In this document: piece by piece, positions 52,502 through 63,484 of the stretch
Position numbering within the stretch: position 1 is the first letter of the stretch
Layout of the letters: every line of letters begins with the position of its first letter
Assembly: GCA_003971905.1 (NCBI GenBank)
Contig: RSEE01000074.1
Location: 1-64,000 of the forward strand
Source of the DNA: Moniliella sp. 'wahieum'
Lineage: Eukaryota
Length of the DNA stretch: 64,000 nt
Reading direction: 5' to 3'
The notes under the pieces: generated by a model
Database searches by the model: none
What the model was told of the DNA's origin: nothing
The model's input: only the letters and a program-made list of their open reading frames with translations
Made by a program: the position numbers and the translations under genes

Positions 52502-54967
52502 TCAGGCCGACAGGTCCGACAGGCCTACCCGCCCTGGCGGACGACCCAACGAGGCTGTCCGCCCCTTGTCCGCGCCGTGCGGGCCGAGCTCGCGAGTCAA
52601 CTTGCCGCAGATGCGAGTGCGGGAGCGCAGAGCGTCGTCCGGGTCCCACAGGAGCGCGACGGAGCGCATCAGGTCCCTGTGCGCCCGCTCCACCAGCAGC
52701 GACAGCCAGTAGTCCACCGTGCTCTCCACTGCCAGATCGGGCGGAAGGTTTCGCAAGGCCTCCCGGACTCGTGCTGCCCGTGCTTCCGTCTTCCGATGCG
52801 GGGGGGGCCCGAACGCAAGACGGTAAGAAAGTGTTCGCGGCGCATGCCGGTCCCGCGCGAGGTGAAGCAGGGAGAGTGCCAGTTCGTCCCTAGCCGAAGG
52901 GGCAGAGGAGCCCGTCGGTACGGGGGCTCGGGGATCGTGGGGAGCAACGGGGAAAGAGCCCCGATGGGAGCCTCCGGGGACCGGCTCAACCGACTGGTTC
53001 GACAGGCGCTGCTGAGGGGGTAGATAAGGGTGCGAAGTAGGGCCGCCGTACGAGCCACCTCGTTCAGGGGGCGGCGGTTCAGAAGAAATGTCTGTCGGGT
53101 AGGAAGGACGGGAAGGATGGGCGGGGGGATAGCCAGCAGGCACAGGCAACGGCAGAGGATAGCCTGCGGGAGCGGAGGGGGGGGCAAGCGAACGGGTCCA
53201 GTCGACGAGTGATGAATGTCGGGTTGCGAAGCGGAGATATGGCTCCCGGCATGAGGGACGGGAGGATAGGGAGCGCCAAAAGGAATCGAAGGGGGAGGCG
53301 AAGTCTGCCCACTGCCCTGTCGTAAAGGGGGGCCGGTGGAAGAGGCGAGGTAAGCAGCGCTCGAACGCTTGCGCTCTCTTGACACAAGCTCGTCGTCCGA
53401 TCCTTCCGGCAGCAACTCGTCCCGGAGCGAACGGCGACTGCGCTTTCGTGGCCGGTCAGCCGGTCCACTCCATCTTCCGAGCCCCCCTGGCCAGGCGGGT
53501 CGTTGTGCTCAGCGGTGCGCAAGGTATACTGATCGCCGCCGACGGCACGCATCTCTTCGTAGAACACAAACGCAGCTTGGTGCACCATATCTGCGCGTTC
53601 TCGATTGGAGCTGTCCTCCCGCAGACGACGCCAATCGTCTTCGGAACCTTCGAGGCGGCCGCACCGGCGCGATTGTAGCGCAATGTAGTTCCGGGCCATC
53701 GTTCCGGGTCCAAGGCCCAGGTGGCACGAGTCAGTCGGACAAGATAATCCAGCGGTGCTTGACCATCGCACCACTTAGTTGCCGTTCGCGGTCGCCATCC
53801 ATCTCGGGGCGGTTGAGCACCTCGGCCAGACGTTCCCAAAATTCAGCCTAGATAGACCAGGACGGGTTAGTAATTTGTGGCTCACTGGAGGGGTAGACAA
53901 GCCAGCAGTGGGTCGGAAAACAGGAAGCCGAGGCAGAGGACATACAGGCAAAGAGGATGGGTAGCGAGTAAACTCGCCAGCACGCAAGGCTTTGTATTGT
54001 TCAATCAAATGGAGCGTTCGGCGCTGGGACATGCCTTTCCTTCGGGGCTTTTGGGCGCAGAATCGGCTGGAGGCAGACGAGAGGTGGCGGGTATGATGCC
54101 CGAGGCAGACAAAGGGGGAGCCACTGTGCTTTCCCTCCTTCTTCCGCCGGACAAAGGAGAGAGGGAAGTGGATGTCAGGTCAGCGCGCTCGTCGTGGAAT
54201 GGCGTAGGGGGGAAGCCGCCGGCCCCGAGTGGTACCGAGGAGGAGGAGTGTGCGGCTGGGCTCTCTTCTGCGGTCTCGACCTCCTCCCCAATGGTACGCT
54301 GTAAGCGTGTCGATGTCCGGGGGCGGCATGGAGCGGTGGGGCGCGGTCGTCGTCGTTGGACGGGCCGGCAAGAGTGAAAGGGGGGCGCTTGGGTGTGTTG
54401 GTCTCAAGGGGAAGGGGGGGCTTGGGAGGCGATGAAGTGGACGCCACGGGTGGGGGGCTGGGAGAAGGATCCAGATCCTCAGGCACGTCACCAAGGGCTG
54501 TTGAGCGCGTAGACGAGTGGACACGAGGGACGAGGCGGAGCGTGCGCCTATCGGGCCGTGGTGCTTCCCGCGCCGGCGCGCCTGGTGCGGGAAGAGAAGT
54601 GGCCACAGACGGGCGGCGCACGCTCCCGCCGGCGGCGGCGGCGGCGACTGATGGGCGACGCAGGGCGGCTGGAGGGCTGGTGGGGCGGGCAAGGAGCAGG
54701 GCCTGGTGGGCCTTGGGCTGCGGCGGCGGGGGGGGGGGCTGGGAGGGGGACGGCGGGGGCTGGAGGACAGAGGGGTGGGCTGGCGCGGCGGCGCGTCGGG
54801 GGATGGCCGAGGGGGCGGGCCGAGCAGGGGGAGGGGGATGGGTGCTGGTCGGGCAGGGTGCTGGTCCAGCTGCCGGGGGGGATGGCGGCGCGGCGTGGCG
54901 GGGGGGCGGCAGCGGGGGAGGCGGATGGCGCCGGCGGCGGAGGCTCGGGCGAGGCGCTGGCGGCCAT
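52502..54967 (-). CDS. Pro-rich protein with a probable Myb/SANT-like (trihelix/MADF-type) DNA-binding domain; frameshifted
   Basis: Reconstructed across indels: RTLHLIEQYKAL..NVW(A)EVLNRPEM..RQLSGAMVKHRWIIL ... AAFVFYEEMRAV. An intron with TACTAAC branch ends at 53848. Confidence 0.5.
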
Positions 54968-57130
54968 GGAGGGCGGGTGGCGGTGGCGGTGGCTGGCCGC
55001 GGTGGCGAGCAGCTGGCGAGCAGCTGGCGGGCAGCTGGCGGGCGCGGCGCGGGCAGGCGGGTGTGGTGGAGCTCTGGCGCTTCGGGGCGGTGCGGCGCGG
55101 TGCTGCCGGGCGGCCGCCGAACAAACCAACGCAAAAAGCCACACCGCACCCAGCCGCGCCCGCCACTGCCCCCGCGCTGCTGTCTCACGCCGCTGCTGCG
55201 TGAATTCAGTCGGCATCAGCGCTGCGCTGACATCACCCATCCGCTGCAGCCGCGCAGCAGCCGCACGGGGGCACTGTCACGCGCGGCGGGCACTGCGGGC
55301 GTCGTCTGCGCCTGCCGTTTCAGTCGTTTTTCCATCTGCATCCTACGCGTACTCCGTCTGAGTACGCAGTGCCTCAGCGCAGCCCCCGCACCGCCTACCC
55401 GCTCCCACGCTGGCGTGAGCTCAGCTCTCGTGACCCCTGACGCTCACGCTCACGCCTCAGCACCTCAGCCTGACGCCCAGACTCCCCCCGGTAAGCTCAC
55501 CGACCGAGCGGCTCAGCGCCAGCGGGACGGGCCAGGCGCTGGCCTGTGCTGACAGGCGCCGGCTGCCTCCCGTCCAGTACAGGGCCAACTTGAATTGTTG
55601 AGCTGAGCACGCAGAGTACTGCCCTACTAGCACTACTCGTGGCGGCCGACGACCCAGATCGTTTTGACAGAACTTATCAAGCTCTAGCTTGAGCAGGGCT
55701 TGAAGGCGGAGTACAATTGGGTCCTGGGCCTGCCAGAGCACTAAAGACGAGTGCTCAGTGTGTTCAGCCACACTTCACATGGAGGGCCTCCGTCAGCGCG
55801 TGGTGCCGCCTGCATACTAATAGTGGCACCGATATCTCAAACACCCGGTTTTCTTAGGTGCATTCCATCCGATATTCCTTCCTAGAGGGCAGGAATATCC
55901 TCTACACTTTGTACCCTTAACGCAATCAACGTTCAACGTTCAACTATTATATCTGCGTGTCTGATCATCGAGTTACCTAATCATCGTTACCGGGGCCTTA
56001 CTGGTTACCGACGCTCAGCGCTTAACTATGCGCTTACCGGTTACCACGCAACGTACTTGAAGATTGAACGTTGAACGCCAAACGACGCGCCACGCGTCAC
56101 GCGCAGGGATTGGAATCTCAGAAACTTTCTCACAGGCCTCGGCCTCATTGCCTCATCGATCATCGAGCACCGCACTCACTGTGCACCGTGCGCGTACAGA
56201 CAGGTGCTGCGACTGTACGCAAGCGGCTTTGAGACGCAAGAGGTTCATTAATCGATTAATCATTGTTACGTTCAACGTCACGTTCTGTTGAATGGAAGCT
56301 CAGCCTGAGCGTTCAGCGAGCGGTTCAGCGAGCGCCGCTCAGGCTCGGCGTTCAGTCTCAGATCCCAGCCTTACCAGTTATAGGTTGCCGGTTACCGGTT
56401 ACCGTTACGCGCTACCGGTTACCGGCCTCAACAAGCGACTAGTCGCAGTGACTAGTGACTGGTGGCGCGTGACGCGACGGAGGGGCCCGGCATGTGTCAT
56501 CGTAATGTGATCCATGTGACACGGGACGGTCAATGTCCTGCCGCCCAGCGCCCGTGTAACACGTAAATCAATATAAATAGCCTCCCAGTTCGATTTCAGT
56601 CCTCTCAGCTTTCAGTGCTGGCCTGTATTGGGTTCAGCCGCTGGGCGCTTAGCCCTAAGTCTACTCAGTACTCAGTTTCAGTGAGTACTCGGTAATCCTC
56701 TGCAGCGTTCCGAGCGCAAAAAAGGCCATGCTGTACAGCGGTGGACCACATGCTGCAGGAACCCAGTCCAACATCGCCCATCCTGCATCCGTCCAAAGAC
56801 AACCTGTCGATCCTGCTATTGCAACACGACATCGAGCTAGGCACTAGTCACTACTACTTCATCGAGTCAGCTAGTCCTAGTCATCGATCATCTCGCAATG
56901 GGGCCGAGGACAACATCCGATAACTTGGTACTTACAAGTTATTAGGTCCCCAAATCAGTAACCCGTACTCTGAGATCTGAACGTCTGAACCCAGACATGC
57001 GCGTACTGTGCTTCTAGTGATGATATTTCGACAACCAACAATTGAAGCCACATCGACCGGTGGCCATCGACATCCAGCATGCCAGGCCAGTACCAGGCCC
57101 TGCCCAACCACACCCAGGGCATGTGGCAGG

Positions 57131-57219
57131 TGACATGTGACATGTGAAGCATGTGAAGCATGTGAAGCATGTGAAGCATGTGAAGCATGTGAAGCATGTG
57201 AAGCATGTGAAGCTTGAAG
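57131..57219. repeat. (CATGTGAAG)x8 nonamer array flanked by TGA CATG and TGA AGCT heptamers
   Basis: Units at 57141-57212 read directly. Confidence 0.95.
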
Positions 57220-57321
57220 AAGCCGTCGGAGAGACAGGTGTCCGGTAGGAGCGCGCACACCTGAGATGTTCCATCGATGACCTTATTATAACAGAGAGTG
57301 TATACGCGCAGGCGCTCGCGC

Positions 57322-57470
57322 TCAAGCTTCAAGCTTCAAGCTTCAGTTCTCAAGCTCTTCAAGAGCTTCAAGCTTCAGTTCTCAAGCTCTTCAGAGCTTC
57401 AAGCTTCAGTTCTCAAGCTCTTCAAGAGCTTCAAGCTTCAGTTCTCAAGCTCTTCAAGAGCTTCAAGAGC
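57322..57470. repeat. ~32-bp unit x4 built from TCA AGCT variants
   Basis: gcttcaagcttcagttctcaagctcttcaaga starting at 57333, 57365, 57396, 57428. Confidence 0.9.
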
Positions 57471-57996
57471 CTCTCTCCGCGAGGGTTAATGCCAAACGTT
57501 AAACGTTATCGATCTGTTACATGTTACATGTCACGTCGTTACGCGTTACGCGTTACGCAAGATACATATCGCGCGTGTGGCATATAAAAGTGTGCTTTGA
57601 CGGTGAAATTGGTGAAGCTTGAAGGGTAACCGGTAAGGCCGGTAATCGATAATCGACGACCCTTGTGCATGCTCGCGCTCATGTGATGCTCAGCGCTGAG
57701 GCTCAGCTGAGCGCGCCCATGCCATCCATGACAATGTGACACAGAGAAAGCCAAGGCGGAGATGAGATCGATGAGACCGAAAAACAACGTAGGCATCTAT
57801 TGAAGTTCTTTTTTTCTGGCAGCAACAAGAGTTGGTTTGGTACTGATTCGGAGTATTCAGACACGTACTGAACGTACTGAGTAGTACCGACGTACTGAAT
57901 GTTGAACGTTGAACGTGTTATACACGTAACGTTGAACTCGTACCCAGTATACTCAGCGTTGGACTGAGTGAGGCCTGAGGCCTGACTGAAAGCATG

Positions 57997-58126
57997 TTAA
58001 CGTTTAACGTTTAACGTTTAATGTTTAACGTTTAACGTACCGTGTAGTACGTGTATCGTCGACGTATCATCGATTGATTTCGTTCATTATCATTCCCTCA
58101 TTATGCATTATGCATTAACGTTTAAC
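57997..58126. repeat. (TTA ACGT)x6 and TTA TGCA TTA TGCA TTA ACGT TTA arrays
   Basis: Read directly at 57997-58038 and 58101-58126. Confidence 0.95.
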
Positions 58127-59450
58127 CTCATTGACCATTCCGTACCATAGCGTAACGGCGACCGGTAACTGACGGTAACCGGTAACCCCCCGTATATAGT
58201 AGGTCACTAGATCACTATACAGATTGGTAGAGTATGACTTACGAAAACACTCGCGATCCTATATGGATCAGCTGCAAATTCAAACAGCCTTCATCAGATC
58301 TTCAGACAAGGCGTGAAGGCAAAGGCTGAGCTTGTGCTAACGTCTGCAAGCGTCAAGCTTCAAGGTGAGATTTGACATGCCGTTTTTGCCCGTAGAAATA
58401 AACAACCAGAATGTTTCGCCTCTCCACAAACAATCGCGTGTTGAGAAAGAGAGAAGATCGACGGTGGCCGGGGTGTAGGATGTGTGACATGTGAATCTCA
58501 TCGATCATCTCTGTCATGCATATTGAGACCATCGGCCCTGAGCCTGACCGGTGACGGTCACCGGTCACCCCACCATTCCACACCGGGCTCAGCGGCTCAG
58601 CCGCCGCCTTCTCTCCTGTTGCTGCGGTGATGGGGTTGGATGACTCGTTGACCCTCCTTTTGTTGTTGGGCAGAGAAGCGGCTTGCGGGACTTAGATCTT
58701 AGAGGGCACTTGCCGTTCACACTCTCATTCTCTCAGAGATCACTGTTCAACTCAACGTTGACCCTGAATCAGGCCTCCCTTCAATATAAATCAGCCATAT
58801 AAGCTCTAGGCCACATCGGCCTTGCACAGGCAACCTTACCGGTATTGACCCGAGGTGAAATCTGAGATTTCGATGGGATGGGAGATCTCAATCGTCCCCG
58901 GACCCAATCCACTTCTCGGGGAGTACCCGCAGTAGTACGCAGTAGCGCGTGCCGTACCCCTGATCCTTCATCTGCACATCCACACATGTCCATGCATGTC
59001 CATCCCCATCCCCATCGCAGATCACTAATCACTGGCGCGTCTAAACCAAAAAGGGAGAAACGCCTGACACCTACCATTTGCTTCCCCCCCACGCTGCAGT
59101 CGAACCGCGGTCGCGGTGGATGCGCCGTGGAGGCTGGTCGTGCGAGACAGTGCTACACTACGAAAGGAGCGGTCCCCGTCCGCGCCTGGATCGCGAGACA
59201 AAAAGAGCGAAGTGGTCATTGGTCCAACGGGGAACAAGGGGGGTATGACGGAACGAGGGCGAAAAAAGACAAGGATCAAAGGACATGAACTGATGAGGCG
59301 GAAAAAGAGAGCAACAGTCACAGCGAGATAATGAAGATGGGAGGGGGAGATGGGATGGCAGAGCAAAATCCCACCGTCAAGGGGCGAGTCAGCGTGTGGC
59401 CTAGTAAGTTAATAATGGTAAATGAAGGCAGAGTGGGGGGGGGGCAGGGG

Positions 59451-62400
59451 CTAGTCGAGCGGAGGGCCAAATTTGGTGGTGAACCAAGTGCCCAGGTCTT
59501 GCCAGAACCCCTCGGCGCGGACCATGTACTTGCGGCTGGGCTCGACCGGCGCCGGTCTGCCGCCAACGGAAGCAGGTCGTGCGCGGGACAGAGGGCGGGG
59601 GACGGGGCGGGAGGGCGGTCGAGCAGTGCCAGCTCCGTTCCGGGGCCGGGTAGGCTGGGTGGGCTGCCGCTCGCCGGTCCAGGTGCGCGGGAGACGGGAC
59701 GCGTTGGTGGAGGAGCACAGTTTGGTCAGGACCACCTGGCTCTCGATGGCGTATGGTGTACACTCGGTGCCAGGCACCAGGGCGTGGCAACAAAGTTTGG
59801 CCGCGCTTCAAGGGCGGATCCAACCGGGCGAGCGGGACGTGACGTTTATTAGCTTCCTCTGCTACGCGGACATCCAACTCGTCCGCACTGTTCGGCACGT
59901 AGGGTGCCCATGCCCAGTCCCCACGCGCACTGTACCCTCCGAAACCGCATACGCTTCCCCCAGCCCCCACCCTTTGCTCGATGCGGCGCGCGCCGAGCGA
60001 CCAGTCATCGACGGTGTCGCCGTCGCTTTGCCCCGGCCCCAGTGCGCTTGTCGACTGCCGGCGGCCGAGCCGAGTGCGGACCACGAGCGACCGCCGCGCG
60101 GCGCAGGCCGCGGCTCAATTGCCGCGGGCGCGCCACCGAGGCCCGAGCGGGGTGGGCGACGGCGTGGGCGCGGTGCGGGGCCGGGCTTGGGGATTGTGGT
60201 GCGGACAGAGGAGGGGGGGACGGCATGGGGCTCGCAGTAGTAGAACTTGGTCCTCGACGGGACGCGGGGACACCAAGTCGTGTGCGCTGCCATCTTGGTG
60301 GCCTGGGCTTGAAGGTCAGCATGCGACCGTCGGATCACTTCCTGGCTTGCCTTTCTCTTGTCGACTCGGCTGAACAATGATCAAGTCCGGAAGCGAAACC
60401 GAGGCGTTGGGGGAGTACGAATGCCGGCTGGAACGGCTCGGTAGCTTGGGACAGGTAGAGCGGGAAGAGGGGTGGGCATGGAGGTCGATGGATGTGCCAG
60501 GAAGGAGGCGTTGGTACGGGCCGCTGAGGGGGATTTGGGGCAGAAGCAGTCGGGGGAGGCTGCTAAGGCCTTAGCGCGCGTGGGGGCAGAAGGGGTGGCA
60601 TGAGCCACTACAGGTGCAAGGGCGTGGAACTTTCACCAGGGTGGAATGGGTCGGCGAACGACGAGGCATGAGGAACGACGATTTGGGGCGGGGGGTAAGC
60701 GAGACATGACTCCACTTGTTGTAAACCAAAGTGAGGTAGATGGAATCGTCGGCAACCGGGCGGGTGTGGGAGACGCAGCAATCAGATCGGTTGGGACGGG
60801 GGGGAATGGTACCTTCTGGAAGCCACTGGCTGTTGCTGGCGTCGTCCCACCCGTCGAGGCAGGCGATACCGACGAGGACAGTTTCGTATGGACGCGGAAG
60901 CAGCAGCTGAAGCAGCGGTGGGAGAGGGGGAGGCGAACGGGGTAGAACCACGGTGCCCGTGGTGGTTGCAGTCCCCGCATTAGAGGGAGAGAGCGAGAGC
61001 CCGCGCAAGCCACGCCCTGGCGAAGGGGAGTAGTTTCCCCTTGAACTGGCACGAGACCCACCGCGCGAGGTTCGAGCGAGACGAGAGACGGTGTGCGAGA
61101 TGGAGGGCGAGAGGTAGGATGGGTAGTAAGGGGGAAGGAAGGCCGACGGTCGAAGGGGGTTGCGGAGTGTGTGGTTCATCTCTAGGTGATCGACGGCTGA
61201 AGCGGACGGAGAGGGTCAGCAATACTAGCAGATAATTGCAATGATTTATCCCTTCGTCCACAGGAGCAAGGCTAAGGCAGCGATCCGGCGTTGTACCTTT
61301 GTTGCGTCCCGCGCGAAAGCGGCAAAACCCGCGGTCAGAGCGTCATGACGTTTGTCTAGTTCCTTGGCGTGGACACGAGGTGGCCATGAAATGCACGTTC
61401 GGCCAAGGCAGCCAGGGCAGTCCGGGCTCGGGAAAGAGCAAGAAAGTACTAGTCTTTTCGATTCGTCAGCGCCCGCACTGCCGAACTCAGCTCGTCAGCC
61501 GTTTTGGGACAGCAGAGACGGCTCGACCTCGTGCGAGCTGGCAGAGATCTCTTTTTACTCTTTCCGGCTGATCCAGACCATCCCGAGCGGTCCGCAGGGC
61601 CATCTCGAGCGCCGCACATAGGTCTGACGCATGGTTGACCGTGGAAAAGGCGCTGGCCTGGTTATCGGACTTGGCCTCGTCCTGGGCCATCCGCGCCTGG
61701 TTGCATCCGGGCCCAGCATAGCCCCAAGTGTGGTGCTGTGTTTTCAGCGAAGCGATAGCACAAGCATCGCTGCCCGTGGCCCGGGCGCAGACTCCCCGGT
61801 AAGTGGGAGCGAATCGGATCGTTCTCGTCCATGGGTTGGCTGAGGGGGCGGACACGGTCAAACTGCAGTCCCAAGGGGTTGGATCCCGTCGTTTTGTCCA
61901 TGTCCATTGCGGCGAACTGCGGGGAGCACTCTGCCGCCCATGGCTCTGCTGTCACTCGCCCCAAGCGGGTGGGGGCAACAAGGACTCGGATCAACTCATC
62001 GTCAAGCTCCCATTGGTCTCGGTTGTGGCGGTGGTGATGTAGAAGCCATACTGGTCGTTCGCGTGTGAACATTGGCACCGTTTCCGAATGGAACTAAATC
62101 GACGTGCGGCAATGTGCCTTGAGCAAAAGCTCGTTCCACCTCAGGTAGTATAGTGGCTGCTTGATTGGCACATTGCTCGGCCTCCGCCATGGTTTGATCC
62201 AACCGAGCGGATACGGTGGCTAGCGCATTCTCTTGGTCTATTCCTGCACCACCTGCCACCACATCTGGGGAATGACGCACTTCCTGGAACCGAAAGAGAG
62301 CGGCTTGGACGGCCTCGATTGCTTGGCTCCATGCCGCGGCGGTACGGATGGCCATGGCGATGGATACCTCGGTCTGGTCAAGTGAGAGGGGGATCTTGCT

Positions 62401-63484
62401 GGGGCCTACACTGCGGCTGGGAAAGGGCATGGCGTCAGCGGCAAGCGGCTGGGGATCTCGGATATTGGACAAAGGAAGCACCCGAGCAAGGGTGTGTCGC
62501 AGGCCGTCGGATACGGAGACTGTGCGGGACCGAGGGAGGAAGCCATCGGAGGCAGGGCTGTCAGGCGGTACGGGTACGGACGATGAGCGAGATCCAGGCC
62601 ACGGGGTGGTGGGGGTGGGGCCTGGCGTGGTGGGAGTGAGGAGGTGCGGCTGGTGGGGGCCGGCAAGGGAGCGGGAGCGGGTGCAAAGAAGCGCATACTT
62701 TTGGGTGGTTCAGGCGTGGGCGGCGATGGCGGCGGGGAGGGGGGGGGGGGTAACGGCGGTGGCAAGGATGAAGACCGCGCGGCGCAAGAGATGGGCGGCG
62801 GGACGAGGACGAGGACGATGGCAGGCATGGGGAAGATGAGTTGGGGAGGGGCACAAATGGTGCCAGAGGATGGGCGCCGAGGGTGTTGGCGATGGGGGAA
62901 AGCGGGGCAGTGGAGACAGGGTGCGGGGCAAGCGGTGGCCGAAGGGGCACGGGCGCGTGCAGTCTGAGCAAAGCCGAGCGTGCAGGCGAGCCGGCGGACG
63001 ACATGTCGGCGGTGGAGCGTGTCTGGGCAATGGCTCGCGCACGGGCCCGCGCCCTGGCTACGGCCGAAGCGCGGTCGAGCGAAGCGACAGGGGGGCGCGG
63101 CACATGCACCGGCCTGTCCACACCATCCGCCGCACCCACCGCACCCATGGCATCTGCCGCGCAACTGTGGGATCCAGGTGCTGGGAAGATGTGCGGACGT
63201 CCGCGGTGGTTGCCGCGGGCATGGCGATTGCCACCTGCACCAGCGCCAGTGCCATCACCAACACCATCACCAGCACCGACACCATCAGGACCAGGGCTGG
63301 GGGAACGGGCCGGGCTGTCTGGACCAGGGCCGGATGCTTGGAGGGCAGCCGAGGAGGAGGGGCCATCGGGTGGGCACTCCATGTGTGGCGGAGGGCAGGC
63401 ACTGGGGCTGTGGGTGGTGGGGGTGGCGGGGGGAGGCGGTGCCTGTCCGTCCTCAACCGCAACGGTGTGTGGACGAATGGCCAT
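59451..63484 (-). CDS. Hypothetical protein (Pro-rich N-terminus, no recognisable domain); frameshifted, start uncertain
   Basis: Chain of overlapping minus-strand ORFs with ordered-looking segments, a clean intron at 61197-61296 (GTACAA..GCTGAC..TTCAG), ending ...WQDLGTWFTTKFGPPLD*. Confidence 0.6.

Noticed and set aside
53848..53977. Non-canonical GC-AG intron (GCGAGT donor)
   Set aside because: Branch and acceptor are clear, but the donor phase does not fit and the error rate is high; cannot be called.
54175..55552. Long plus-strand Gly/Arg-rich ORFs (also 13404-14765, 62841-63641, 51366-52163)
   Set aside because: Antisense or alternate-frame shadows of GC-rich coding sequence with no family motifs.
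57131..57470. CRISPR array
   Set aside because: Pure tandem repeats with no unique spacers; eukaryotic context; no cas genes.
8150..58126. Heptamer arrays as cloning polylinker/adapter contamination (they contain HindIII, SpeI, NsiI, MluI, StuI, AgeI sites)
   Set aside because: They are tandem, degenerate, dispersed, confined to intergenic DNA and restricted to A....T hexamers; there are no EcoRI/BamHI-type arrays as a polylinker would have.
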